From contig JBKQPJ010000015.1 in assembly GCA_052326305.1 (NCBI GenBank), positions 35,208 through 99,207 of the forward strand: a DNA stretch of 64,000 nt. The letters are read 5' to 3'. The stretch is from Thermoplasmata archaeon (lineage in GTDB: Archaea > Thermoplasmatota > Thermoplasmata > Lutacidiplasmatales > UBA184). Below, one piece after another: positions 54,726 to 64,000 of this stretch; the stretch's first letter is position 1, and each line of letters starts with the position of its first letter. Both the position numbers and the translations under genes were made by a program. The notes under the pieces were generated by a model, which had not been told where the DNA came from, ran no database searches, and worked only from the letters and a program-made list of their open reading frames with translations.

Positions 54726-55259
54726 ATGTCCGTCCGCGACACATCCCGCGCGCTCGTAGAACGTCTCCGGGACGCCGTGCATCCCCCCCATCCCGTCTAC
54801 GCCCATTGCGACATCCCGTGCGGCATCTACGACCCCCACGAGGCCCAGATCTCGGCGCTGACCGTCCTGCGGATGGACCAGCTGATCGCGGAGCTTCCCG
54901 CGCCTGCGGCCGACGCGAAGCCGGAAGACCGCGCGACGTACGTTTCGAAGCTGGCCCGCTACGGCGCGGTCAAGGAGTCCCACGCGGAGCGGGTGAAGGC
55001 CGAGGTCCGGGTCATCTGGGGCGATTACTTCACCCCGGATCACGCGAAGCAGTTCCCCCATCTCCACGAGCTCACCTGGAAGATCCTGAAGCAGGCGTCG
55101 AAGGCCCGCCAGGGGACCACGCTCGCGGACGCCCAGGAACTGCTGAAGCTCGTCCAGGAGTTCTCGGAACTGTTCTGGCAGTCCAAGGGAGCGAAGACCC
55201 GTCGGCAGCCGTCGCTGCAGAAGTCGGGCGGCGACCTCGTCGTCCCGATCCCGGCCTGA
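54726..55259 (+). CDS. sodN: Nickel superoxide dismutase precursor
   Basis: Propeptide followed by nickel hook HCDIPCGIYDP; IWGDYF. Confidence 0.92.
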   Translation: MSVRDTSRALVERLRDAVHPPHPVYAHCDIPCGIYDPHEAQISALTVLRMDQLIAELPAPAADAKPEDRATYVSKLARYGAVKESHAERVKAEVRVIWGDYFTPDHAKQFPHLHELTWKILKQASKARQGTTLADAQELLKLVQEFSELFWQSKGAKTRRQPSLQKSGGDLVVPIPA

Positions 55260-55302
55260 CGTCGTTCGAGACCTTCGCCCCCGTCATCGGCCTTCGGAAA
55301 CG

Positions 55303-56832
55303 ATGACCGAGACGCTCCCGCTCGACGGCCGGTCGCTGACCCTCGAGCAGTTCCTCGCCGTAGTGCGCCAGGGCTGCGGGGTCTCGCTGCTGCCCGAGGC
55401 GCTCGGGGCCGTCGCCGCGGGCGGGCGAGCGGTCGAACGGGCCGTGGCCTCCGGCCGACCCGTGTACGGCGTCACGACGGGGTTCGGGGCGTTCTCCGAT
55501 CGGACCATCCCGACCGACCGCTCCCGGGAGCTCCAGCTCTCCCTCGTTCGGAGCCACGCCTGCGGCACCGGACCTCCCCTCGCGCGCGACGTCGTCCGCG
55601 GGATGCTCCTTCTGCGCCTCAACTCCCTCCTCCGGGGCGTCTCCGGCGTCCGACCGGCGCTGGTGGAACGCCTCGCCGACCTCCTGAATCGGGGCCTCGT
55701 CCCCTGGATCCCCGAGCAGGGGTCGGTCGGCGCCTCCGGGGACCTGGCGCCGCTCGCGCACCTCGCGCTGGCCCTCATCGGGGAGGGCGCGTTCCTCGGG
55801 CCGAGATCGTCCGACCCGGAGCCGGCCCGCGACGTGCTCGCTCGGGAGGGCCTCCCGCCGATCTCGCTCGTGGAGAAGGAAGGGGTCGCGCTCCTGAACG
55901 GCACGTCGCTGATGGCGTCGTACCTCGCCCTCGCGGTCGCGGACGCCCGGGAGCTGCTCTCCGCGGCCACGATCGCGTGCGCCCTCTCGTTCGACGCGCT
56001 GGAGGGCGACCCGGAGTCCCTCGACGATCGCCTCGGCGAGGTGCGCAACTCGCCCGAGCAGCGACAGAGCGCCCGATCGATGCGGGTGCTGCTCGAGCGG
56101 AGCGAGCTCGCCGCGCCCCGGACGGCCTGGAAGGGCCAGGACCCGTACACGCTCCGCTGCATCCCCCAGGTCCTCGGCGCCGTTCGGCTCGGGACGGAGC
56201 TGGCCGAGGGGGTCGCCTCCCGCGAACTGAACGCGGTGACCGACAATCCGCTGGTGTTCGAGGGGGACCAGTTCGTGAACGGCGGGAACTTCCACGGCCA
56301 GCCGCTCGCCTTTGCCCTCGACGCGCTGGCGCTGAGCGTTCAGTACATCTCCGGATTCGCCGAACGCCGGGTCGCCCGGATCCTTCACCCCGCCCTGAAC
56401 CGGGGTCTCCCCGCCTTCCTGGCGCCCGAGCCGGGGATCAGCTCGGGGTTCATGATCCTCCAGTACCTGGCGGCGGCCCTCGTGAACGAGAACGCGACCC
56501 TCGTGCACCCGGCCAGCGGCACGAGCCTATCGACCTCGGCCGACCAGGAGGATTTCGTCAGCATGGGGGCCTGGGCCGGCGCGAAGTTGTTCCGGATGCT
56601 CGAGAACGCGCGTCGGGTGGTCGCGGTCGAGTGGATCGTGGCCGGCCAGGCGCTCGAGCTCCGCCGGCCCCGCTCGGGGGGGCGCGGCAGCGAGGCTGCG
56701 GTCCGCTCGTTGCGGGCGAGGGTCGCCCCGTGGTCGCACGACCGCAGCCCGGCGCCCGACGTCGCGCGCGTCGCCCAGGCGATCGCCGACGGCACCCTGG
56801 TCGGCGAGGTGCGGGCGGCGGTGCCGTTCTAG
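55303..56832 (+). CDS. hutH: Histidine ammonia-lyase
   Basis: YGVTTGFG, RSHACG, GASGDLAPL (MIO), QDPYTLRC, GGNFHG, QEDFVSM. Confidence 0.92.
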   Translation: MTETLPLDGRSLTLEQFLAVVRQGCGVSLLPEALGAVAAGGRAVERAVASGRPVYGVTTGFGAFSDRTIPTDRSRELQLSLVRSHACGTGPPLARDVVRGMLLLRLNSLLRGVSGVRPALVERLADLLNRGLVPWIPEQGSVGASGDLAPLAHLALALIGEGAFLGPRSSDPEPARDVLAREGLPPISLVEKEGVALLNGTSLMASYLALAVADARELLSAATIACALSFDALEGDPESLDDRLGEVRNSPEQRQSARSMRVLLERSELAAPRTAWKGQDPYTLRCIPQVLGAVRLGTELAEGVASRELNAVTDNPLVFEGDQFVNGGNFHGQPLAFALDALALSVQYISGFAERRVARILHPALNRGLPAFLAPEPGISSGFMILQYLAAALVNENATLVHPASGTSLSTSADQEDFVSMGAWAGAKLFRMLENARRVVAVEWIVAGQALELRRPRSGGRGSEAAVRSLRARVAPWSHDRSPAPDVARVAQAIADGTLVGEVRAAVPF

Positions 56833-57503
56833 GACGAGTGGATCACCGCGGCGGCCCCCGGCTCGGCGGCCTTGGGGAAGCGCACCGACTGCCCGCAGCT
56901 GGGGCAGCCGTACTCGGCGAGACCGCGGTGGCGGAGCGGGGTACGGCATTTCGGGCACGGGATCGGGCGTGACGTCACGTAGGCGGCGAACAGTTCCTGC
57001 GACCGCCGGTCGGTCCCGGGCTCCGCGGCCCGGGGCGGATCGACGGCGGTGGTGGGAGGCTCCGGGGCAGGGAGTACGGGGGCCTTCTCCGAGGAGAGTC
57101 GCCCGCACTCGGGGCAGACCGCCAGCTTGCCCGACCCGGTAGAGATCAGCGGGATGTGGCAGGAAGGACAGAGGATCTTCAGCGTGGTCCCCCGTAGGAC
57201 CGGCGGCGGCGCCGGGGGGGCCGCCCGGGGCTCCGCCGTCGGTGCCGGCGGGGGGCTCGGAGCGTCCGCGGTAGGGGCCGGAGGAGGCGGCAGGGGACGC
57301 TTCCAACGCACCAGCCGGCGGCTCGGTTCGTAGACGATCTGAGAATCGGCCCGGGCGAGCTCGTGCGCGAGCAGCTTCTCGGTCTTCCGTTCGCGCCAGG
57401 AGAGCGCGGCCGCGAGTCCCGGGACGCTCGTCACCCCGAGCGTACGGACGGTGGTCCGGAGTCGCTCATGCTCCTCTGCCGAACGGCCGAAAATCGATAC
57501 CAT
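56829..57503 (-). CDS. Hypothetical protein with N-terminal wHTH-like region and two zinc ribbons
   Basis: CPSC/CPEC and CPKC/CPSC pairs separated by Pro-rich linkers. Confidence 0.7.
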   Translation of the reverse strand: MVSIFGRSAEEHERLRTTVRTLGVTSVPGLAAALSWRERKTEKLLAHELARADSQIVYEPSRRLVRWKRPLPPPPAPTADAPSPPPAPTAEPRAAPPAPPPVLRGTTLKILCPSCHIPLISTGSGKLAVCPECGRLSSEKAPVLPAPEPPTTAVDPPRAAEPGTDRRSQELFAAYVTSRPIPCPKCRTPLRHRGLAEYGCPSCGQSVRFPKAAEPGAAAVIHSS

Positions 57504-57769
57504 CGGAGCTTCCTCCGACGCCGCGGCAAAAGAACCTATCGTTCAACGCGAACCGAAGGGAGGCACCGGCCGGATTCCCCGACCCAGTGGACGAAGCCGT
57601 CGGGGAGGGCTCGGCCGGTGCCCATGGCCGCTGGGGGAGCTTGCCGGCCGCCCAAAAAGGCCCGGGGGCCGCTGAACGGTGGGCGATGGGGCGTCGAGCC
57701 GGCCCCCTCCGTCGGTTGCTTCATTACCTCCCGGCGAGGTACATTACTGGGTCGTCAACGGAGAGCGGC

Positions 57770-58255
57770 ATGCCCGAACCTGCGCGCGCCCGCGGTGTTC
57801 CCGAGCGCCTCGCCCCAACTCCGGCATCCGAGCCCGCGATCCTCATCGGGGCGAACGAGGACCACCGGCGGATGCTTCGGGGGCTGCTCCTGATGCACCA
57901 TCAATCGATCGCGCTCGAAGCCTCGTCGCTCGAGGAGGTGCCCCAACTCCCCGCCGACGCGAAGGCACGCACCCTCGTCTTCGTCGCCCCCCGGGACGAC
58001 GCCCGGTGGGCGGACGACCTGCGCGGGACCCTCGTCGCGCGCCCCGAGCTCCACGCCCTCGTGCTCCTCCCCCTCGACAAAGCGTCGGTCCGGTCGTCGG
58101 CGGCGCGGGCGGGGGCCCGGGCCATCCTGAGCCAGCCGTTCACGAGCCGGGAGTTCCTCGAAGCGCTCGACAGCCTGGGCGCGGACGCGCCTCGACCGCG
58201 TCGGCGCGCCTCGGCCCGGCGCCCCTCCGGTACCCGTAAGTTGCGGGAAGGCTAG
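57770..58255 (+). CDS. Degenerate receiver-domain-like protein
   Basis: ILIGANEDHRRMLRGLL..AGARAILSQPF..FLEAL; lacks phospho-acceptor Asp and conserved Lys. Confidence 0.6.
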   Translation: MPEPARARGVPERLAPTPASEPAILIGANEDHRRMLRGLLLMHHQSIALEASSLEEVPQLPADAKARTLVFVAPRDDARWADDLRGTLVARPELHALVLLPLDKASVRSSAARAGARAILSQPFTSREFLEALDSLGADAPRPRRRASARRPSGTRKLREG

Positions 58256-58264
58256 CGCCGGGTC

Positions 58265-59674
58265 GTGCCGGAGGCGTCTTCCCTCCCCCTCGAGCGGGCG
58301 GTCCGCGGTCGGGTGCGGGTCGACCCGGCCTCCCTGCGGGCCCTCGGTCACGACGAATCCCACCTGGCCGGCGCTCCGCGGGCGATCGTCGCTCCCAAGG
58401 ATGCCGAGGACGTCGCGGCTCTGATCGGCTGGGCGCGCTCGCACCGCGTCCCGCTCGTGCCCCGCGGCGGGGGAACGTCGCTGGACGGGGAGTCGGTTCC
58501 GGAGGACGGAGGGATCGTCGTCGATATGTCGGAATGGTCGGAGGTCGGGGAGGTCTCCGCCGACGATCGATGGGCCCGGGTCGGGCCCGGGGTCGTCAAC
58601 CTCTCCCTTCAGGGCGCGGTTCGGCCCCACGGTCTGTTCTTCCCGCCGAACCCGGGGTCCTGGACGCGCTCCACGATCGGCGGGAACGTGGCCACCAACG
58701 CCTCCGGACCGCGCTCGTTCCGCTACGGGGCGACGCGGGGGTGGGTCCGCGAGCTCGAGGTCGTCCTCGGGAACGGCGGGCGCCTGCGCCTCGGAACCCG
58801 GTGCGCGAAGCGGTCGCTCGGTCCCGATCTTCTCTCCCTGATCGTCGGGAGCGAAGGGACCCTGGGGATCGTGACGGAGGTCACGGTGAAGCTGGCCCCG
58901 CTCCCGCCCGTCCGACGCGGCCTGGTCGTGCCGATCCCCGAGGGGACCCGCCTCGGCGCGCTCGCCGCCCGGCTGGCGAACGCCCCGATCGGCGGGCTTG
59001 CCGCGGTCGAGTACATCGACCGGGCCTGCGCGCAGGCGCTCTCCCAGGACGGCCGACCGATCGGACCGGAGGGCGCAGCCTGGTTGCTCCTCGAGCTCGA
59101 GGCGGCCGATCCCGCCGAGGCCGAACGCCGGACGGCCCACCTCGCCCGCGAGCTCGCCTCCGCCGGACTCCCCGCGGCGCCGGTCCCGTTCGACGACGCC
59201 GACGAGCTGTGGACGCGGCGCGGCGAGAGCAGCGTCGCCCTCGATCGCCGGCTCGGTCACCGGATCCGCGAGGACATCGCCGTGCCGGTCCGCCGGGTGG
59301 ACGAGCTATTGGCGGACCTCGCCCGCATCTCCGAGGAGGAACGGGTCCCGATGTTCCTCTTCGCCCATCTCGGCGAGGGGAGCCTCCATCCCAACTTCGC
59401 GGTGGACCCGACGACCCCCGCCGCCGGTCGGATCCGCGAACGTACGCTGCTCGCGGCGCTCGCGCTCGGCGGGACGATCAGCTCCGAGCACGGGATCGGC
59501 CGTCTCAAGCGTCCGTTCGTGGAGCGCGAGCTCGGGAGCGTCGCGGTCGCCTGGCTTGGGTCGGTGAAGCGATGGTGCGACCCCGACGGGATCCTGAACC
59601 CGGGGAAACTGTATCCACCGTCTCGAGGCGACGAACGATCTTCTCGGTCGCCCTCGGCAGCGGAAGTCTCCTGA
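58265..59674 (+). CDS. FAD-linked oxidase (GlcD/D-lactate dehydrogenase-like)
   Basis: PRGGGTSL.G, STIGGNVATNASG, GSEGTLG, HLGEGSLHPN, SEHGIG, ILNPGK. Confidence 0.88.
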   Translation: MPEASSLPLERAVRGRVRVDPASLRALGHDESHLAGAPRAIVAPKDAEDVAALIGWARSHRVPLVPRGGGTSLDGESVPEDGGIVVDMSEWSEVGEVSADDRWARVGPGVVNLSLQGAVRPHGLFFPPNPGSWTRSTIGGNVATNASGPRSFRYGATRGWVRELEVVLGNGGRLRLGTRCAKRSLGPDLLSLIVGSEGTLGIVTEVTVKLAPLPPVRRGLVVPIPEGTRLGALAARLANAPIGGLAAVEYIDRACAQALSQDGRPIGPEGAAWLLLELEAADPAEAERRTAHLARELASAGLPAAPVPFDDADELWTRRGESSVALDRRLGHRIREDIAVPVRRVDELLADLARISEEERVPMFLFAHLGEGSLHPNFAVDPTTPAAGRIRERTLLAALALGGTISSEHGIGRLKRPFVERELGSVAVAWLGSVKRWCDPDGILNPGKLYPPSRGDERSSRSPSAAEVS

Positions 59675-60707
59675 GCTCCTCGCGCCGGACCCAGCGGCGG
59701 TTCCCGGGCAGCGACCCCGGGGGCGTACCGTGGAACCGGCCCCGGAACACGTGGAGCTCGACCGAGAAGTGGCTGTACGACTGGCGCACCACGCCGATCG
59801 GAGCCAGCCGACGGACCCGGAAGCCCGTCTCCTCCGCCAGCTCGCGACGGGCGGCCCTCTCGGGCGGCTCGCCGGGTCCGATCTTGCCGCCGGGGAACTC
59901 CCAGAGACCTCCCAGCAGGCCCCGAGGAGGTCGGCGCTGGAGGAGCCAGCGGCCGCCCGGGTCGACGAGCACGACCACTGCCGCCCTCACGTGGGGTCGG
60001 GGAGGTCGTCGGGCACGGTGGGGCAGGGTGCCCGGGTCCGCGAGCTCGTGGCGGGCCCGGCAGGCGAACGCCACGGGGCAGGTCCCGCACCGCGGGGCGA
60101 CGGGCGTGCAGACGGTCTCGCCGAGCTCCATGACGGCCTCGTTGAACTCTCCGGGCCGGCGCGGCGGCAGAAGTTCGACGAGCGTGCGCTCGAGTCGGTC
60201 CCGGACGGGGGCGGACGCTAGGTCCCCCTCCTCGCGGGTCCAACGTGCCGCGACGCGCAGGCCGTTCGCCTCGAGCGCGACGACCGGTCGATCGAACGCC
60301 AGGCTCGCGATCGCGCGCGCGATGTAGGGCCCTACACCGGGGAGGCGCTCGAGTTCCTCGACGGTGTCGGGAAGCGCTCCCTTCCGCTCGGCCACGAGGA
60401 TCCTCGCCGACGCGTGGAGGTGGCGGGCCCGTGCGTAGTAACCGGCGCCCTCCCACGCCTTGAGAACCTGCGACAGGGGGGCGTCGGCGAGCGCCCGGAC
60501 GCTCGGGAACCGGCCGACGATCCGTTCGAAGTAGGGGATCGCCTGGGCGACCCGGGTCTGCTGCAGCAGCGCCTCGGCTACCCAGATGCGGTACGGGTCC
60601 CGGTCCCGGCGCCACGGGAGCGGGCGCGCGTGGCGCGCGAACCAGCGGAGCAGCGCGGTCGGGATCTTGGGGGCGGAGGCCGCCGCCGGAGAGGCCCGCC
60701 CGACCAT
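59505..60707 (-). CDS. mutY: A/G-specific adenine glycosylase with C-terminal Nudix domain
   Basis: LPWR, EALLQQT, GYYARA, LPGVGPY, CTP..PRCGTCP..C, WEFPGGK..RELAEETG. Confidence 0.9.
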   Translation of the reverse strand: MVGRASPAAASAPKIPTALLRWFARHARPLPWRRDRDPYRIWVAEALLQQTRVAQAIPYFERIVGRFPSVRALADAPLSQVLKAWEGAGYYARARHLHASARILVAERKGALPDTVEELERLPGVGPYIARAIASLAFDRPVVALEANGLRVAARWTREEGDLASAPVRDRLERTLVELLPPRRPGEFNEAVMELGETVCTPVAPRCGTCPVAFACRARHELADPGTLPHRARRPPRPHVRAAVVVLVDPGGRWLLQRRPPRGLLGGLWEFPGGKIGPGEPPERAARRELAEETGFRVRRLAPIGVVRQSYSHFSVELHVFRGRFHGTPPGSLPGNRRWVRREELRRLPLPRATEKIVRRLETVDTVSPGSGSRRGRTIASPTQARRPRRSRARAPRTDA

Positions 60708-60767
60708 CGAGGGGTCGCCAGACGAAGGTCATGCTTAAAACAGGGGACGAGTTCGAATCGCCGCGGG

Positions 60768-61148
60768 GTGGTTCAGCTGACGGGCCGGTCGGAATTGGTG
60801 CGCGTCGATGACGCGACGTTCGATGCCGAGGTGATCCGATCGCCGGTGCCGGTGGTGGTCGATTTCTACGCCGATTGGTGCGCACCGTGCCGGGTCGCCG
60901 AGCCGGTGCTCCTCGAGCTCTCGAACCGCCTGGCGGGGAAGATCAAGTTCGCCCGGGTCAACGTCGACGAGGCCACGGTCGTCACGCAATCGTTCGGCAT
61001 CCAATCGATCCCCACGTACCTCTTCGTGGCCTCGGGCACCGAGCGCGGTCGGGAGATCGGTCCGCTCGACCCGGTGGCGATCCGCGCGATGCTGAAGCGC
61101 TACTTCCCCGCCCGATCGGCTAGTGGCGGAACACCCGCCACCCGGTGA
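60768..61148 (+). CDS. trxA: Thioredoxin
   Basis: VDFYADWCAPC, SIPT; start inferred. Confidence 0.88.
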   Translation: MVQLTGRSELVRVDDATFDAEVIRSPVPVVVDFYADWCAPCRVAEPVLLELSNRLAGKIKFARVNVDEATVVTQSFGIQSIPTYLFVASGTERGREIGPLDPVAIRAMLKRYFPARSASGGTPATR

Positions 61149-62688
61149 AGTACATCGCCATCCCATGCCGCTCGGCGGCCTCGATCGCATCGGGGTCGCG
61201 CACGCTCCCGCCCGGCTGAAGGACCGCGCGGACCCCAGCGCGGCCGGCGACCTCGAGCCCGTCGGCGAACGGGAAGAACGCATCGGAAGCGAGCACCGAG
61301 CCGCGGGCACTCTCGCCTGCGACCTCGACCGCGAGTTCGGCGGCCTTCACGCGGGTCGGCTGCCCGGAGCCGATCCCGACCGTCCGGGTGCCCCGCGCGA
61401 GGACGATCGCGTTCGACTTGGCATGCCGCACGACGCGCCAGGCGAACTCGAGGGTGCCGCGCTCCTCGGGCGACGCGGCCCGCGAGGTGACGAGGCGGAA
61501 CTCCTCGGGAGCGAGCTGGCGGCGGTCCGCCTCCTGCAGGAGGAGGCGTCCGAACGCGCTCTTCGCCTCCCATCGCGGAATCGTCGGGTCGGGCGGGTCG
61601 GCGCGGACGAGCCGGATCTTCGGCCGGCGACCGAGGTGCTCGAGGGCGAGCGCGTCGAAGGCGGGGGCCGCGAGGAGGTCGACGAACACCCCGTGGAGCG
61701 TCGTCGGGTCGTCCGGGCCCAGGGGGCGGTTGACGGCGATCGCGCACCCGTACCGCGCGACCGGGTCGGTCGCGATCGCGCCCTCGAGCGCTTCGCGGAT
61801 CGTCCCCGCTGTCGCCACGCCGCAGGGGGTCGCGTGCTTCACGACCGCGGCCGTGGGCTCCGAGAACTCGGCGACGATCCCCAGCGCGGTGTCCAGGTCG
61901 AGGAGGTTCGTGAACGAGAGGCCGTTCCCCTTGAGGAGGTCGACCGGCGCGGGGGTGAGCCCGGAGCCCCCCGGGAGGACCCCTCCGAAGACGGCGGCGG
62001 CCTGGTGGGGGTTCTCCCCGTACCGGAGCGTCATGGGCTCCCGGCGGAAGAGCAGCTGCGCGGGGAACGGTTCGGTCGGCCCGAGGGGGGTCCGGAGGCC
62101 GAACGCGATCGCGGCGTCGTACTCGGTGCACCGCTCGAACGCCCGAACGGCCAGGTGTCGGCGCGTCCCGGCCGAGACCGTGCCGTCGTGGCCCCCGAGC
62201 TCCTCGAGGAAGGGTCCGTACTCGGCCGGGTCGGTCAGCACCGCGACGTCCGCGTGGTTCTTGGCCGCGGCGCGGGCGAGCGTCACCCCGCCGATGTCGA
62301 TGAACTCCTCCCGATCGGGGGCGCGAGGGGCCTCGGCCAGGTGCTGCTCGAACGGGTAGAAGTTCACGACGACCAGATCGAACGGCAGAAGGCCCCGTTC
62401 GGCGAGCTCCCGCCGTCCGGCGTCGGTCCGCGGGGCGAGAACGCCCCCGAGGATCCCCGGGTGGAGGGTCTTGATCCGGCCCCCGAACCACGATCCGATG
62501 CCCGTGAGCTCCTCGGCCGCGCGGACGGTGTAGGCGCCTCCCCCGAGACCGCGGCGGGTCCCCTCCGTCGCCCAGAGCTCGACCCGCGCCTCGGCGAGGC
62601 CCTGGGCCAGCGTCGCGAGCCCGGTCTTATCGTGGACCGATAGGAGCGCGCGCCGGATCGGTGCCCACCGCTCCTCCGCCGGCGTCAC
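61120..62688 (-). CDS. purH: Bifunctional AICAR formyltransferase/IMP cyclohydrolase
   Basis: ALLSVHDKTG, GRIKTLHP, IDIGG, LRYGENPHQ, KSNAI, ASDAFFPF, QPGGS.RD; GTG start after GAGGA. Confidence 0.93.
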   Translation of the reverse strand: MTPAEERWAPIRRALLSVHDKTGLATLAQGLAEARVELWATEGTRRGLGGGAYTVRAAEELTGIGSWFGGRIKTLHPGILGGVLAPRTDAGRRELAERGLLPFDLVVVNFYPFEQHLAEAPRAPDREEFIDIGGVTLARAAAKNHADVAVLTDPAEYGPFLEELGGHDGTVSAGTRRHLAVRAFERCTEYDAAIAFGLRTPLGPTEPFPAQLLFRREPMTLRYGENPHQAAAVFGGVLPGGSGLTPAPVDLLKGNGLSFTNLLDLDTALGIVAEFSEPTAAVVKHATPCGVATAGTIREALEGAIATDPVARYGCAIAVNRPLGPDDPTTLHGVFVDLLAAPAFDALALEHLGRRPKIRLVRADPPDPTIPRWEAKSAFGRLLLQEADRRQLAPEEFRLVTSRAASPEERGTLEFAWRVVRHAKSNAIVLARGTRTVGIGSGQPTRVKAAELAVEVAGESARGSVLASDAFFPFADGLEVAGRAGVRAVLQPGGSVRDPDAIEAAERHGMAMYFTGWRVFRH

Positions 62689-62834
62689 TCCTCGTACCCC
62701 TGCACGGGAGGGGAGGCCCAAGATAAGAACGGCGGGCGGGCCGGCGCGGCGGGCGGTCTCCCGCCGAGTCGAAGCACGCCCGAAACCATACGAATAAATA
62801 CCGGGAACCGGGCTAGTGACAATTCTCTCTGACG

Positions 62835-63812
62835 ATGAGTCTGCATGCCCGTGGGCACCGTGTCTGCCGGGCCCGAGCGACCGCGGTCCGGACCGGCCGG
62901 TCACGCCATTCCGTGCCGCGCCGTTCGTGGCGCCACCGGGGCCGCAAGGCCCAGGTATCGGCCGTGGCGACGATCCTCGCGCTCATGCTTCTCGTGACGT
63001 TCATCGCGAACTACCTGACGACGACCCTCCCGCAGACGATGTCGGTGAACGACATCAACCACGACCTCGTCGTCCAGAACGAGGTCGGTCGGTTCGCCGC
63101 CCTCCTCTCCCAAGCCGCGTCGAACGGCGCGGTCGGCGCGGAGCTCACCCAGCCGTTCGTCCTCGGTTCGGTCGGCCAACCGCCGTTCGCCCAGCAGGAC
63201 GGGAGCTCGATCGCCCCGGTGATCACCGGCTCGAAGGAGACGGTCGGCTTCGCGCTCGCCGGCGCGACCGGGGCATCGATCTTCCAGGTCTCGACCGGGG
63301 CGGCGTTCTTCGTCCAGCTCCACAACACGTACGCCCCCATCGCGGAGGTCGCGTTCGACTACGGCGGCGTCATCTTCACCCAGCAGAGCGGGATCCCGGC
63401 CATGATCGACCCCCCACCGATCACGGTCACCGGCACCGGTTCCGCCAAGGCGGCGACGATCTGGATGCCCGTCTTCACGTCGGCGCTCGCTACCGAGGGG
63501 GGCATCGGCACCGCGATTCTCACCGTGCGGCTGACCTCCGTCACTACCCAGAGCTTCCCCGCGGGCGGTCTGACGCTCACCTCCGCCGGGGTCACGGTCA
63601 CCGTCACGACCCCGTTCTCCGCCGCTTGGATGGCGTACCTCCACTCGAACAGCGCGTTCGCCGGCGATGCGACGTGCACCCCGGCCGCCTCGTCGGTCTG
63701 TTCGACCTCGGGAACCTTCTCGCTGTACGGCCCGCTCGGGACGGTCAAGATCTCGTTGCCCGTGGCCAGCGTCACGCTCGAGGTCGCGACGTTCTCGATC
63801 TCCCTCTCCTAG
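62835..63812 (+). CDS. Archaeal type IV pilin/archaellin-like protein
   Basis: Class III signal RGRKA|QVSAVATILALMLLVTFI; T/S/G-rich beta body. Confidence 0.75.
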   Translation: MSLHARGHRVCRARATAVRTGRSRHSVPRRSWRHRGRKAQVSAVATILALMLLVTFIANYLTTTLPQTMSVNDINHDLVVQNEVGRFAALLSQAASNGAVGAELTQPFVLGSVGQPPFAQQDGSSIAPVITGSKETVGFALAGATGASIFQVSTGAAFFVQLHNTYAPIAEVAFDYGGVIFTQQSGIPAMIDPPPITVTGTGSAKAATIWMPVFTSALATEGGIGTAILTVRLTSVTTQSFPAGGLTLTSAGVTVTVTTPFSAAWMAYLHSNSAFAGDATCTPAASSVCSTSGTFSLYGPLGTVKISLPVASVTLEVATFSISLS

Positions 63813-64000
63813 AGACGGGCCTCCGGGCGCCGCGCTCGCCGGCAGGGTCGGGCCGAGGACCCGCCCTTCCCCCCCTCACCCACACTCACCCGATCCGAAG
63901 GGCCCGGGGGGGCGTTCGGCCGGCCCCCGGCGGGACTCGCACCGCGACCTCTCGGGGATCCCCGGCCCATCTCCCCCGGTGGGAGGAGCGGCGGCCCCAT

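Noticed and set aside
63809..64000. 63-aa minus-strand ORF at window end
   Set aside because: Low-complexity, no motif, and truncated context.

Overview
High-GC archaeal chromosomal segment (rpl7ae-rps28e-rpl24e, radA, archaeal TyrRS, archaeal SRP RNA; gene mix suggests Thermoplasmata, by inference). It carries two proline/sarcosine dehydrogenase-like alpha/beta pairs with P5C dehydrogenase, glyA, purC, purH, ndk, map, malic enzyme, a molybdate/tungstate ABC system with a ModE-like regulator, sodN/sodX, hutH, mutY and a pilin-like gene. The main finding is a 13,163-bp lower-GC unit transposon (26442-39604). It has IS903-like imperfect terminal inverted repeats, a perfect 9-bp target duplication (TGCGGCACG) and five subterminal ATTCTCCTAC-type repeats, and its only mobility gene is a SWIM-zinc-finger/IS5(IS903)-type DDE transposase. 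It sits just upstream of the rpl7ae TATA box. Its cargo is a restriction-modification-like module (two m5C methyltransferases, putative REase, Vsr, MORC-ATPase/histidine kinase fusion, response regulator) plus small accessory genes. Other notable items: a split, doubly membrane-anchored solo Cas4 pair inside the ribosomal protein-ndk cluster, an SRP RNA with a UGAC helix-8 loop, a double kink-turn in the rpl7ae leader, archaeal Ni-SOD, several apparent pseudoenzymes and two candidate structured ncRNAs. All calls are by eye from motifs; no searches were run.
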